The position numbers were made by a program, and so were the translations under genes. The notes beneath the pieces were generated by a model. That model searched no databases, was not told the origin of the DNA, and saw only the letters and a program-made list of their open reading frames with translations. This document shows positions 16,602 through 26,327 of a DNA stretch of 64,000 nucleotides, piece after piece; positions within the stretch are counted from its first letter, which is position 1, and each line of letters opens with the position of its first letter. Location of the stretch: the IMG/VR virus record IMGVR_UViG_3300037067_013676, positions 1 through 64,000 of that record, one strand, 5' to 3'. Origin of the DNA: a virus (taxonomy: Duplodnaviria > Caudoviricetes).

Positions 16602-19600
16602 ATGGAAAATTTAAGTTTGGCGTTACTAAATATAGGAAATGACAAGAGAAAAATTTTCTGTTTCTGTAGAAATGAACAGGGTAAGCAAGTTATAGTAGAA
16701 GATTCTGAATTTTACCCTTTTTATTTTGAAAAAACTTCTGAACCTAATTCTCAATATATTTCTTATGATGGGAAACCTTTAAGAAAGGTATTTGTTTCCC
16801 ATCCAAGTGAGGTTTCTAAAAATAGAAGTAGTTCGAGTTATTCATCAGACATAAAATTTACCACCAATTATCTCATAAATAAAGTAGATGAAATAGTTAA
16901 ATGTCCTATAAAGCATATGTTTTTAGACATTGAGGTTATGAGTAAGGAAATGAGTAATCCAGCGGATGCAAAATATCCTATTAGTTGCATTACAATTTTT
17001 AATTCATTTTCCAAAGAATATAAAACTTGGTATTTGGGTGAATGGAAAAATGAAACTCTAATGTTAGACAACTTTGTTAGTTATATTAAAGAAGAAGCAC
17101 CTGACCTAATTTTGGCGTGGAGTAGTTCATATGACTACGGTTATTTATATAATAGAATTGAAAAGTTTTCAGAAAGAATTAGCCCAGTAGGTTTAAGTAG
17201 ATATGGAGAAAATAGAGATATTCTATATCCTTGTGGCATTTCTATCATAGATTACCTCCGCTGGTTCAAAAAAATACATATGCGAGAGGCTTCTTACACA
17301 TTAGATTATATTGGGCAAAAACACTTAGGTAAAGGTAAGGAGTTTGGCAAAGTAGATTTTTCAGTTCTTTCAGATAGGTTAAGACAACACAATGTTGAAG
17401 ATGTTGAACTTTTAGTGGGATTAGAAAATAAATATCAGATAATTCCATACTTTGATGAGATAAGGCGTCTCTCTAAGTGTCAGTTCGAAGACTGCTACCA
17501 TAATTCGAGGATTGTAGAATCATTAATATTTCAAGAAGCTAAAAAACAGAATGTAGTTCTGCCCAACAAACCTCAAGTAGATGAGGATGAAGAAGAAACT
17601 ACATTTGAAGGTGCTACTAGAGAAGCTGAACAATGTGGGCTTTTTGAAGGAATAGGCGAGTTCGATCTTTCAGCAGCATATCCTTCTATGATTGCTAATT
17701 TTTGCCTCGATCCTTCAAATATAATATGCCAAGCTGGGGATCTTACTAAAAATCCTTATGATGGGACTTTCATAAATGGGGTATGGTTTAAACAAAATAG
17801 TGAAGCTATGCTTCCTTTAGTTGTGAAAAGAATGTTAGTATTAAAAGATAGAATTAAAAAAGAAAAAGATGCAAACCAAAATGACAAATATTTATCTATT
17901 AAATATGATGCTATAAAAGGTGTAGTTAATTCTATATTTGGTGTTACAGGACTCAAATATTTTAGATTGTTTTCAAACCAAGTAGCTTCGTCCATAACCT
18001 ATTTGGTTCGTGATTTGTTAATGTATGTTAAGGAACAAGTAGAATTAAAAGGAAATAAAGTAATATACTGGGATACTGATGCCCTATTTATAAACACTAA
18101 AAAAGATATAACTGAAGTTCTCAATGGATATATTAAGAAATGGGCTTTAGAAAAATACGGTAAAAAAGATATTTCGCTAGTATTTGAACGCAAAGGATGG
18201 TATACTTCGTTATTTATTTTGGGAAGTTGCTTGCATCCAAATACTTTAATTGTCAAAGAAGATGGTGGGGTTGAAGAAATCCAAAATTTATCAAGGGGGC
18301 AATTATTTTGCGGTAACGATATACAAGCGCATTATAGTTTAAAAACAAACAAACTTTTAAAAATAAAAACCACTGACGGATTACTAGTTACTGATGAAAA
18401 TCATATAAATTTAGTATATAAAAAAGATAGGCATTATTACAAAGAAAGCTCTGTAGAAAATGATATATCTAAAAATTTAAAGGTTGGGGATTACTTATTA
18501 TCTCCAAAATATATACCTCATAAAACCTTATATAACTTTTCTCCTGAAATGTTAGCGTTTATTTCTATGGTAATATGTGATGGGCATCTAAGTGAATACA
18601 GCACTGAATGTGGTTGGCATAAACAAAAATCTTTTGAAAAAGGAAAGGAAATATTTTTAAAAGCTATTCCCTTTTTTACCACTTCTCCCTCTTCTTTTCT
18701 AATAAATGAAAATGAAAGAAGAATTAGAATTTATGGAAAAGATTTTGTTAATTTCCTACATTTTACTTTTGATATACCAATTGGATATAAAAGAGAAAAA
18801 ACAACAATAAATTCTTATATTTTTTATTCTTCTTTAGAAGCAATAAAATCTTTTATTGACACAACTTTGTTTTTTGAAGGTTCAATAAGAACAACCAATA
18901 CCAAAACAATACAAATGTTAAGTTATGATTTTTTATCTCGTTTTCAACTACTCATTAAAAAGTTTGGTATTTCTTCAACTCTTATAGAAAACATACAATC
19001 AAATAAGAGATTGAGTTTTAGGTTAAAAATTAAAACAATTAAAAGAAAAATAAGAAAATATGATAATATTGAAATATATTTAAGTAAGATTCTAAAGATA
19101 GAACAAATAAATAAAGAATTAGAAGTTTATGATTATAAAACACAAACTAATATGTTTGTTGCTAATGTATTTTTAACTCATAATTGCCATTATCATGGAT
19201 ATATGATGGGTAAGAAAGACCCAGTAATAAAAGGCATTGAAGGAAAGCGTGCAAGTTCCAGCAAATTCGAAGGTGGGTTTCAATTACAATTATTAGATTT
19301 AATTCATAAAAAATCTACCAAAACCCAAATTGAACATTGGATTACTTCAGAAATAGAAAGATTTAAGACTTTACCTTTAGAAGAGATCGCCTTTCCAGCA
19401 AAAATTGGCACGAAAGTTTACAAAAATCTGCCTATTTTTATGCGAGCCTTAACCAATACTAAGAGAATTAAAAAGAGCTTTAACCCCTTAAAAGGCGAAC
19501 TTTTCTTCTACTTGTTTCTCAATACTGGAAAAAATGAAGTAATTGCATTTACTGAAAACGATAAAGACTTTATAGATAAAAAGAGTATAGATTATGACAC

Positions 19601-19694
19601 AATATTAAAGAGAAGTATATTAACTAAGGTGGAGAAGATATTCTCCGCCATGTCATGGGTATTTAAGAATCCATTAGAACAAACACTATTTTGA
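16602..19694 (+). CDS. polB: family B DNA polymerase with intein
   Basis: Exo FLDIE, DLSAAYPS (motif A), KGVVNSIFG (motif B), YWDTD (motif C). Confidence 0.95.
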   Translation: MENLSLALLNIGNDKRKIFCFCRNEQGKQVIVEDSEFYPFYFEKTSEPNSQYISYDGKPLRKVFVSHPSEVSKNRSSSSYSSDIKFTTNYLINKVDEIVKCPIKHMFLDIEVMSKEMSNPADAKYPISCITIFNSFSKEYKTWYLGEWKNETLMLDNFVSYIKEEAPDLILAWSSSYDYGYLYNRIEKFSERISPVGLSRYGENRDILYPCGISIIDYLRWFKKIHMREASYTLDYIGQKHLGKGKEFGKVDFSVLSDRLRQHNVEDVELLVGLENKYQIIPYFDEIRRLSKCQFEDCYHNSRIVESLIFQEAKKQNVVLPNKPQVDEDEEETTFEGATREAEQCGLFEGIGEFDLSAAYPSMIANFCLDPSNIICQAGDLTKNPYDGTFINGVWFKQNSEAMLPLVVKRMLVLKDRIKKEKDANQNDKYLSIKYDAIKGVVNSIFGVTGLKYFRLFSNQVASSITYLVRDLLMYVKEQVELKGNKVIYWDTDALFINTKKDITEVLNGYIKKWALEKYGKKDISLVFERKGWYTSLFILGSCLHPNTLIVKEDGGVEEIQNLSRGQLFCGNDIQAHYSLKTNKLLKIKTTDGLLVTDENHINLVYKKDRHYYKESSVENDISKNLKVGDYLLSPKYIPHKTLYNFSPEMLAFISMVICDGHLSEYSTECGWHKQKSFEKGKEIFLKAIPFFTTSPSSFLINENERRIRIYGKDFVNFLHFTFDIPIGYKREKTTINSYIFYSSLEAIKSFIDTTLFFEGSIRTTNTKTIQMLSYDFLSRFQLLIKKFGISSTLIENIQSNKRLSFRLKIKTIKRKIRKYDNIEIYLSKILKIEQINKELEVYDYKTQTNMFVANVFLTHNCHYHGYMMGKKDPVIKGIEGKRASSSKFEGGFQLQLLDLIHKKSTKTQIEHWITSEIERFKTLPLEEIAFPAKIGTKVYKNLPIFMRALTNTKRIKKSFNPLKGELFFYLFLNTGKNEVIAFTENDKDFIDKKSIDYDTILKRSILTKVEKIFSAMSWVFKNPLEQTLF
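18228..19184 (+). mobile_element. intein (319 aa) with LAGLIDADG-like endonuclease in PolB
   Basis: GS|CLHPNT ... VFLTHN|CHY; TDENH block B; MVICDGH and LFFEGS blocks. Confidence 0.92.
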
Positions 19695-19772
19695 TAGGAG
19701 GTGATTAAGATTAGTAAACAAAAAGATAAAGGCAAAAAAGAAGTGAAGAAAGTAAAAAAGGGGAAGAAATAA

Positions 19773-19982
19773 ATGAAAGAGCTACATTATATTGTTGAAC
19801 TAACAAATATTGATGGTATGGTTGAAGCTGTTTTAGTAAAAGATAGGGATTTGGCTGGTTTTATAAGTAATTATGATAGTGATAGTTATACGATATTGAA
19901 TATTAATGGTATTGGTCCCGTTAATTTAGATTATAAGGATTTTATTAAAAAAGAAACGCAGTTAGAGAAAGGGAAGGTTTAA
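19773..19982 (+). CDS. hypothetical protein
   Basis: 69-aa ORF. Confidence 0.5.
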   Translation: MKELHYIVELTNIDGMVEAVLVKDRDLAGFISNYDSDSYTILNINGIGPVNLDYKDFIKKETQLEKGKV

Positions 19983-19986
19983 AAAA

Positions 19987-20196
19987 ATGTTGAGTAATCG
20001 CCACATATACGAAGAACTTACTGAAGGTGAAAAAATTAGGGAAAATCTGGATAGTGATTACGAGAAAGCTATGTTAAAGATGTCTATTCTTAATATCAAG
20101 TTGCAACACAATATAAGAACTAATATGACTACAATCATGAAGTTCTTTAAGATTCCGTTAGTTGAACCCGAAGATAAAGAAAACGTAGTAAAATAA
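19987..20196 (+). CDS. hypothetical protein
   Basis: 69-aa ORF. Confidence 0.5.
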   Translation: MLSNRHIYEELTEGEKIRENLDSDYEKAMLKMSILNIKLQHNIRTNMTTIMKFFKIPLVEPEDKENVVK

Positions 20197-20202
20197 ACAA
20201 AT

Positions 20203-20338
20203 AATTGGGCTTGTGGCGTGGTAGCCTGATAAGAGAGAATGAACCTAATATCCGTATAATATTATTAGCGCACGTACTGAGTATGAAAGCGGAGTAAGAA
20301 GAAGTCGGAAACTTATTGCAAGCCAATTGCCAAGCCCA
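20203..20338 (+). ncRNA. candidate structured leader RNA upstream of nrdJ (element R4)
   Basis: Closing stem TGGGCTTG 20206-13 / CAAGCCCA 20331-38; alternative partner CAAGCCAATT 20319-28; inner CGTG/CACG, GATA/TATC, GTAAG/CTTAT. Confidence 0.5.
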
Positions 20339-20363
20339 TTTAATATAGAATAGAGGATAAAAA

Positions 20364-22280
20364 GTGTCAAATATACTTTCAGAAGAATTTTTAAATAAAT
20401 ATAAGAATAAACAACCCAACTTTGGGTTTAATGGTCTTGGATACATAGTTTATCGTAGAACTTATTCTAGATTGAAGTTAGATGAAACCTATGAAGAATG
20501 GTATGAAACGATAAGTAGATGTATTAATGGTGCTCAAGAAATTGGGGCTTCTTACACAATAGAAGAAGCTGAAAGATTATTTGACTATATATTTAATTTA
20601 AAATGTTCTTTTGCGGGCAGGATGCTTTGGATGCTAGGAACGGAACACATTAAAAGATGGGGGGCTAACGCACTCATAAATTGTTTTGCTGTTAAAATAA
20701 CACAACCAGAAGATTTTTGTTTTTTATTTGAAAATCTTATGTTAGGTGGAGGTGTTGGATTTTCAGTGAGGAGGGAAGATGTTCATGAACTTCCTAAAGT
20801 AAAGGAAAATGTTAAAGTAGAACATAAAAATACTAAAGATGCAGATTTTATTGTTCCAGATAGCAGAGAAGGATGGGTATATCTTTTAAGAAAGGTATTA
20901 AAATCTTACTTTGTAAGTGGTAATTCTTTTAATTATTCTACTGTTTTAGTTAGGGGGTATGGAGAAAAAATTTCTGGTCTTGGAGGAACAGCTTCTGGTC
21001 CAAACATTTTAATTGGCGGTATTAGTAAAATAAGTAAAATATTTGAATCAAGAGAAGGAAAAAAACTTCGTTCCATAGATGTGTTAGATATTTGTAATAT
21101 TATTTCTTCAATAGTAGTTAGTGGTAATATAAGACGTTCTGCTACTGTAGCTTTAGGTGATCCAGATGACTATCTTTTTATTAGAGCCAAAAGATGGGAT
21201 TTAGGTAATATACCAAATTGGCGTGCTATGTCGAATAATACAATATATGCGGATGATTTTACTCATATTCAAAATGATATTTGGGAAGGATATAGTGGCA
21301 ATGGAGAACCATATGGGTTTTTTAATTTACCTCTAGCACAAAAATATGGAAGAGTTGGAGAAAATAAAAAAGATAACTGTGAACTTTTGAATCCGTGTTG
21401 TGAAATAACGCTTGCGGACGGAGAGGTTTGTTGTTTATCAGAATTGTTTTTAAATAATATAACTTCTAAAAAAGAATTAATAGATTGTGCAAAATTAATG
21501 TATAAAACACAAAAAGCTATTTGTGCTATGAAGTTTTTACATGAAAAAACAAACAAAATAGTTCATAAAAACTTTAGAGTCGGTATTGGAATAACTGGAG
21601 TTTGTCAATCTTTGGATAAAATAGAATGGTTAGATGAAGTATATAAAGAAATTAAAGATTTTGATAAAAAATGGTCTAAGGAAAAAAACTATCCTGAAAG
21701 TATAAAACTAACTACAATTAAACCTTCTGGAAGTATATCTTTATTAGCTGGGGCAACCCCAGGTATTCACCCGTCTTTTAGTAAATATTATATTCGTAGA
21801 ATAAGAATGGGGAGTAATGATAAACTAATTGAAGAATGCAAAAAATTGGGATATAATATAGAACAAAGTAAAAATTACGATGGAAGTATAGATTATAATA
21901 CTACAATAGTAGATTTTCCTTGTTATGCTGGCGAAAATGTTATTTTAGCAAAAGACATGTCAGCAATTAAACAGTTAGAATTAGTTAAAAAATTGCAAGC
22001 AATTTGGGCGGATAATTCTATAAGTGTTACAGTGTATTATAAAAAAGAAGAATTGCCAGAAATAAAAAAATGGCTAAAAGAAAACTACTCTACTTCTATT
22101 AAATCTATTTCATTTTTACTTCATAAAGAAAGTGGATTCAATCAACAACCATATGAAGAAATAACTGAAGAAAGATATTTAGAATTAATAAAACAAGTAA
22201 AACCATTAACAAATTTAGTTGTTGGTAAAGGTGAATTAGAAAGTCTTGAATGTGAAGGCGGGGCGTGCCCCATAAAATAA
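20364..22280 (+). CDS. nrdJ: class II (adenosylcobalamin-dependent) monomeric ribonucleotide reductase
   Basis: FAGRMLW, LINCF, NPCCEI, TIKPSGSISLL, C-terminal CEGGACPIK; GTG start with AGAGGA SD. Confidence 0.92.
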   Translation: MSNILSEEFLNKYKNKQPNFGFNGLGYIVYRRTYSRLKLDETYEEWYETISRCINGAQEIGASYTIEEAERLFDYIFNLKCSFAGRMLWMLGTEHIKRWGANALINCFAVKITQPEDFCFLFENLMLGGGVGFSVRREDVHELPKVKENVKVEHKNTKDADFIVPDSREGWVYLLRKVLKSYFVSGNSFNYSTVLVRGYGEKISGLGGTASGPNILIGGISKISKIFESREGKKLRSIDVLDICNIISSIVVSGNIRRSATVALGDPDDYLFIRAKRWDLGNIPNWRAMSNNTIYADDFTHIQNDIWEGYSGNGEPYGFFNLPLAQKYGRVGENKKDNCELLNPCCEITLADGEVCCLSELFLNNITSKKELIDCAKLMYKTQKAICAMKFLHEKTNKIVHKNFRVGIGITGVCQSLDKIEWLDEVYKEIKDFDKKWSKEKNYPESIKLTTIKPSGSISLLAGATPGIHPSFSKYYIRRIRMGSNDKLIEECKKLGYNIEQSKNYDGSIDYNTTIVDFPCYAGENVILAKDMSAIKQLELVKKLQAIWADNSISVTVYYKKEELPEIKKWLKENYSTSIKSISFLLHKESGFNQQPYEEITEERYLELIKQVKPLTNLVVGKGELESLECEGGACPIK

Positions 22281-22295
22281 AGGAGAAGTAGAATA

Positions 22296-22982
22296 ATGAC
22301 AAATCTTGCTAATGCAAAAAAAGAAGAATTGGTAAAGATGGCAAACTTTAAATGCCACCATGGACACAGTGGATTAAGCCATCCGGCTTGCTATTTTAAG
22401 AATAATGGGGTTAAAGAAAAAATATTATTTTTCGACATAGAAGCTGAAGACCTTAATGCTGATTATGGTATTATGTTTAACTGGTATGCTATGGATGAGG
22501 ATGGTAATAAGTTTGAAGATTATATAACTTTAGATGATATTAATAAATATAAATCTTCAGATAGAAACATTGAACCTAAAGAAGATAGTCGTATAGTTAA
22601 GAGTTTAATTGATTTAATGAGTAAATATAATAGAGTTTGCGGGCATTTTTCCTGCGGCTATGATTTGCCGTTCACTAGAAGTAGAGCTGTAATTGATAAA
22701 ATAGATTTCCCTGCTTATGGTACTATATTTCAAAGTGATACTTGGGTAATATTAAAAAGGAAATTTAAGTTATCAAGAAATAGTCTTGAAAATGGTTGTA
22801 AAAAATTGATAGGAAGAAGTAGAAAAGATCGTTTATCTTTATCTATTAAACACGGATGTCTTCGTGGAGAAAAATGGGCTATAAATCTATCTAGGAAACA
22901 CTGTGAAAATGATGTGTTAGATTTGGTTGAACTATTTAAAGCAACTAATCGTTTTATGCGCCGGACCAACAGTTCTATTTAA
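22296..22982 (+). CDS. RNase H-like/DEDD 3'-5' exonuclease
   Basis: FFDIE, GHFSCGYDLPF, HCENDV. Confidence 0.75.
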   Translation: MTNLANAKKEELVKMANFKCHHGHSGLSHPACYFKNNGVKEKILFFDIEAEDLNADYGIMFNWYAMDEDGNKFEDYITLDDINKYKSSDRNIEPKEDSRIVKSLIDLMSKYNRVCGHFSCGYDLPFTRSRAVIDKIDFPAYGTIFQSDTWVILKRKFKLSRNSLENGCKKLIGRSRKDRLSLSIKHGCLRGEKWAINLSRKHCENDVLDLVELFKATNRFMRRTNSSI

Positions 22983-23137
22983 GATGAGTAAGAAGGCTAA
23001 AAAGAAAAAGATATTTCCATACAGACGAACTTGGTGCATATCGCCAGTAACAAAGACGAAAAAAAGTAAAAAGATATACAATCGTCAATTGACAAAAAAA
23101 CAATTAACCAATATTCTTAAAACGGAGGATTTGTAAT

Positions 23138-23467
23138 ATGAAAACACTTTCACTTTCTATTGATTTAGAAAAATTAAATTTGGCTGAGGCAGACAAAACA
23201 AAATCAGTTCAAAGTATTGTTAGTAGTGTAATACAGAATGTTATTCTTGGTTATGGTCAGCAACAGCGGGGATTTGATGAAAAAGAACGTAGACAATACT
23301 ATAAGATTGCCGATGCTTTAGAATTAGCGGAAAAAGAAAATAAAACAAGTGTAGAATTAGAAGATGACTGGTGGGGGTTCATCAGAAAATGTTTCCGTGA
23401 ATCGAAATTAATGCCCAATTCTTTATTGAGGCAGGTGGAAGAATTAGTTTTGGGAAATAGAGAATGA
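23138..23467 (+). CDS. hypothetical protein
   Basis: 109-aa ORF with GGAGG SD. Confidence 0.55.
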   Translation: MKTLSLSIDLEKLNLAEADKTKSVQSIVSSVIQNVILGYGQQQRGFDEKERRQYYKIADALELAEKENKTSVELEDDWWGFIRKCFRESKLMPNSLLRQVEELVLGNRE

Positions 23468-23579
23468 AAAATTATTTAAAAAAACTATTACTTTTTACAC
23501 GTAATGTAATTGTTATTTGTTTTTTGATTGTATTATTTGGTTATTTTTGTAAAGGAGTTCACACCTTATTTATGATAGG

Positions 23580-23930
23580 ATGGAATGGGTAATGAATATA
23601 AAAACATTATGTAAAAGAAGTAATGATTTAGCAATTCAAAAAGGATTCTGGTTAGTTAATCCCGATGGTTCTCTTGTTTCTAGAAATGATGGAGAAATGT
23701 TAATGCTTATGGTAAGTGAACTCGGTGAATGTTTAGAAGGTTTGAGACATGGAAATCCTCCAAGTGAACATATACCAGAATTTACTTCAGAAGAAGAGGA
23801 GTTATCAGATTGTTGTATAAGAATATTTGATTACGCTCAGGCTAAAAATCTGAGATTAGAAGAAGCTATAGAAGCTAAACTACAGTTTAATGAAACTAGA
23901 CCTTATATGCATGGAGGTAAAAAATTCTAA
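23580..23930 (+). CDS. MazG-like NTP pyrophosphohydrolase
   Basis: LMVSELGECLEGLR...EEELSDCCIRIFD...KLQFNETR. Confidence 0.85.
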   Translation: MEWVMNIKTLCKRSNDLAIQKGFWLVNPDGSLVSRNDGEMLMLMVSELGECLEGLRHGNPPSEHIPEFTSEEEELSDCCIRIFDYAQAKNLRLEEAIEAKLQFNETRPYMHGGKKF

Positions 23931-24526
23931 TGGAATCCGCATATACTCCAGAATATTATAGACAAAAACAATTAGCTACAGATATTAGATTTCTCAAGAT
24001 TGCTAAGTTAGTTGGAGAATCTTCAAAATGTCTTTCACGAAAAATTGGTAGTGTAATTGTTAGAAATGGAAATATTGTTAGTGAAGGTAAAAATGGACCA
24101 CCAAAAAGAACTAAACATTGTAATGAACGATTGTTTGATATGTATGATGTATTAAATTGTACACAAAGTAAACCTCTTTTAAAATTAAAACCTAAAAACG
24201 ATCAAGAGTTAGAAAGGTTTCCGCAACAATGCCCCAGAAAAGAATATGGTTATAAATCTGGAGAAGGATTGTTGTTATGTTCCGCACAACACAGTGAGGA
24301 AAATGCAATTAATCAAGCAGCATTAAATGGAGTTTCTACTCTCGGAACTACACTCTACGCTTACTGTTGCCTTCCTTGCAAAAACTGTATGGGAAGTATT
24401 ATTAACGCAGGTATAAAAGAAGTGGTTTGCCTTAAAGTAAGACCTGACTACGATTCTTATAATAGAATCTTGGCTGAAGAGGCTGGAATTATTGTACGAG
24501 AAATAGAAGAAAGTTTAATATGTTAG
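23930..24526 (+). CDS. dCMP deaminase
   Basis: SKCLSRKIGSVI, HSEENAI, PCKNC zinc motifs. Confidence 0.9.
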   Translation: MESAYTPEYYRQKQLATDIRFLKIAKLVGESSKCLSRKIGSVIVRNGNIVSEGKNGPPKRTKHCNERLFDMYDVLNCTQSKPLLKLKPKNDQELERFPQQCPRKEYGYKSGEGLLLCSAQHSEENAINQAALNGVSTLGTTLYAYCCLPCKNCMGSIINAGIKEVVCLKVRPDYDSYNRILAEEAGIIVREIEESLIC

Positions 24527-24647
24527 AAAGATTGTTATATGGATGGTTATTTATGATTTGTGGATTTGGAATAATAGTCTTGTGGATTTATAGAAAACCA
24601 AGAAATTGGGATATTCCAAAACCTAAAATTAAAGAAAGCGAGATAAA

Positions 24648-25529
24648 ATGATTTTGTCGAATGATCATAATTTGCCTTCAAGTTTAGTATCGGTTTTGAC
24701 ACAAAAGAACTACGATCTAACCAAGTCCGACCCACTTAGAATTGGAGTAACTACTTTAAACAATCCTCCAAGAATAAGACAGTTAATGGTTAGACATTGG
24801 AATGAAATTGAAGAGGATTTGTCGGAACAACTTTTTAGACTTTTAGGCGAAGCAACACACTATGTTTTGGCTCAAACCAATCCACACCAAAAGTTAATAG
24901 AAGAAAAACTTACTGAGGAAGTGGATGGAATTACTTTAGTAGCCAAACCAGACCTCTATGATGACGAGTTAAAATCAATCGAGGATTGGAAAGTAACCTC
25001 CTGTTGGTCAGTTAAAAGTGTTAAAAGTGATTGGATCTCACAATGCAATGCGTACGCTTGGTTTTTGGTAAGGGCTGGGTTTGAGGTCAAAAAAGTCTTT
25101 ATTAATGCCATTCTAAAGGATTGGAGTAAGATGGAGAAGCTTAGGTTTGGTCCAACCTACCCCCCAATACCCTTTAAACGCATAGAGATACCTCTGTGGT
25201 CGTTTGATGAGCAGGAGAAGTATATAAGAGATAGGATAGCTCTATATAAGTCAACCTTGAACCTCAGTGACGAAAATTTACCTATCTGTAGTGAGGAAGA
25301 GAGATGGGCTTCGCCAGAAAAATGGGCAATTCACAAGAATAAAAATAAGACAGCTAAAAAGCTATGTTCTTCTTATGAAGAAGCTAAGGAATATGCGAAT
25401 AAGATTAAAGATACTAAAAATAAATATAACATTATAAAAAGAGAAGGTTGTGATACACGTTGTATGAGTTACTGCATTTGTAATAAATTTTGTAGTTATT
25501 GGGTCTCAAAGTATGGTGGTAAAAAATGA
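24648..25529 (+). CDS. Cas4-like PD-(D/E)xK exonuclease
   Basis: LGEATH, KPDL...IEDWKVT, QCNAY, C-terminal RCMSYCICNKFC. Confidence 0.8.
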   Translation: MILSNDHNLPSSLVSVLTQKNYDLTKSDPLRIGVTTLNNPPRIRQLMVRHWNEIEEDLSEQLFRLLGEATHYVLAQTNPHQKLIEEKLTEEVDGITLVAKPDLYDDELKSIEDWKVTSCWSVKSVKSDWISQCNAYAWFLVRAGFEVKKVFINAILKDWSKMEKLRFGPTYPPIPFKRIEIPLWSFDEQEKYIRDRIALYKSTLNLSDENLPICSEEERWASPEKWAIHKNKNKTAKKLCSSYEEAKEYANKIKDTKNKYNIIKREGCDTRCMSYCICNKFCSYWVSKYGGKK

Positions 25530-26134
25530 AAATAATTAAACCATTAGTAGAGTTATTATGGATTACTCCAAATGCAGAAAAAATAATAGAAATAGCTAGT
25601 AGAACATGCTATAAAAGTGAATCTAAAATTACAGAAGATTCTGCTGGAAATTTTTGTAAGATGATTATAAAAAGAGGTCATCTTGCTATGATTGAACATG
25701 GAGTAGCATCTTTAAAATTTATAATTGATCGTGGGCTTAGTCACGAATTAGTTCGTCATAGACTTTGTTCCTTTGCTCAAGAATCTACAAGATGGGTATC
25801 TTATAAAAATGAAATAGAAGTAATAGAACCACTAAATTTAGATGAATTATCAAGAATTAAATGGATAAGTGCTATTAAATTTGCGGAAAATAGATATAAA
25901 GATTTATTAAATAATGGTATTAAACCAGAAATGGCACGCAGTGTATTACCAACTTGTTTAAAAACTGAAATAGTAGTTACTGCTAATTTTAGAGAATGGC
26001 TAAAAATATTTGAACTGCGTATAAGTAATACAGCACATCCACAAATAAAATCTATAATGATTGAAGCAAAAGAAATATTAAAAAAACAATGTCCTAATAT
26101 ATTTGGGAATATTAATGAAAACAAAAACAATTAA
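25526..26134 (+). CDS. thyX: flavin-dependent thymidylate synthase
   Basis: RGLSHELVRHRLCSFAQESTR signature; NFREWL. Confidence 0.95.
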   Translation: MKIIKPLVELLWITPNAEKIIEIASRTCYKSESKITEDSAGNFCKMIIKRGHLAMIEHGVASLKFIIDRGLSHELVRHRLCSFAQESTRWVSYKNEIEVIEPLNLDELSRIKWISAIKFAENRYKDLLNNGIKPEMARSVLPTCLKTEIVVTANFREWLKIFELRISNTAHPQIKSIMIEAKEILKKQCPNIFGNINENKNN

Positions 26135-26327
26135 AGAATTAAGAGATAAACATAGAAGAGAAATTGAAGAATTCCAAAAGAAATGTAAACATTCTGATAT
26201 TTCAGGTTGGATTGATGAATGGTGGGCTCCTGGTCATTCTACTGGTAAACAAGTAAAAGTTTGCAATATATGTGAAAAAGTTGTAGAAGCAACTAAATCT
26301 ACTTTTGGAGTTATTAAAAGTGAGTAG
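26103..26327 (+). CDS. small zinc-binding hypothetical protein
   Basis: CKH ... CNICE. Confidence 0.5.
   Translation: MGILMKTKTIKELRDKHRREIEEFQKKCKHSDISGWIDEWWAPGHSTGKQVKVCNICEKVVEATKSTFGVIKSE

Noticed and set aside
20250-20281. Group II intron domain V (CCGTAT...GCACGTAC)
   Set aside because: No AGC triad at the right position, imperfect pairing, no domain VI or intron-encoded protein.
25164-25192. Fourth copy of the periodic element inside the Cas4-like gene
   Set aside because: Only two ATACC motifs 21 bp apart (17/27 match); explainable by Ile-Pro codons.
24648-25529. CRISPR-Cas system suggested by the Cas4-like nuclease
   Set aside because: No repeat-spacer array or other cas gene seen; solo Cas4-like exonucleases are common phage recombination genes.
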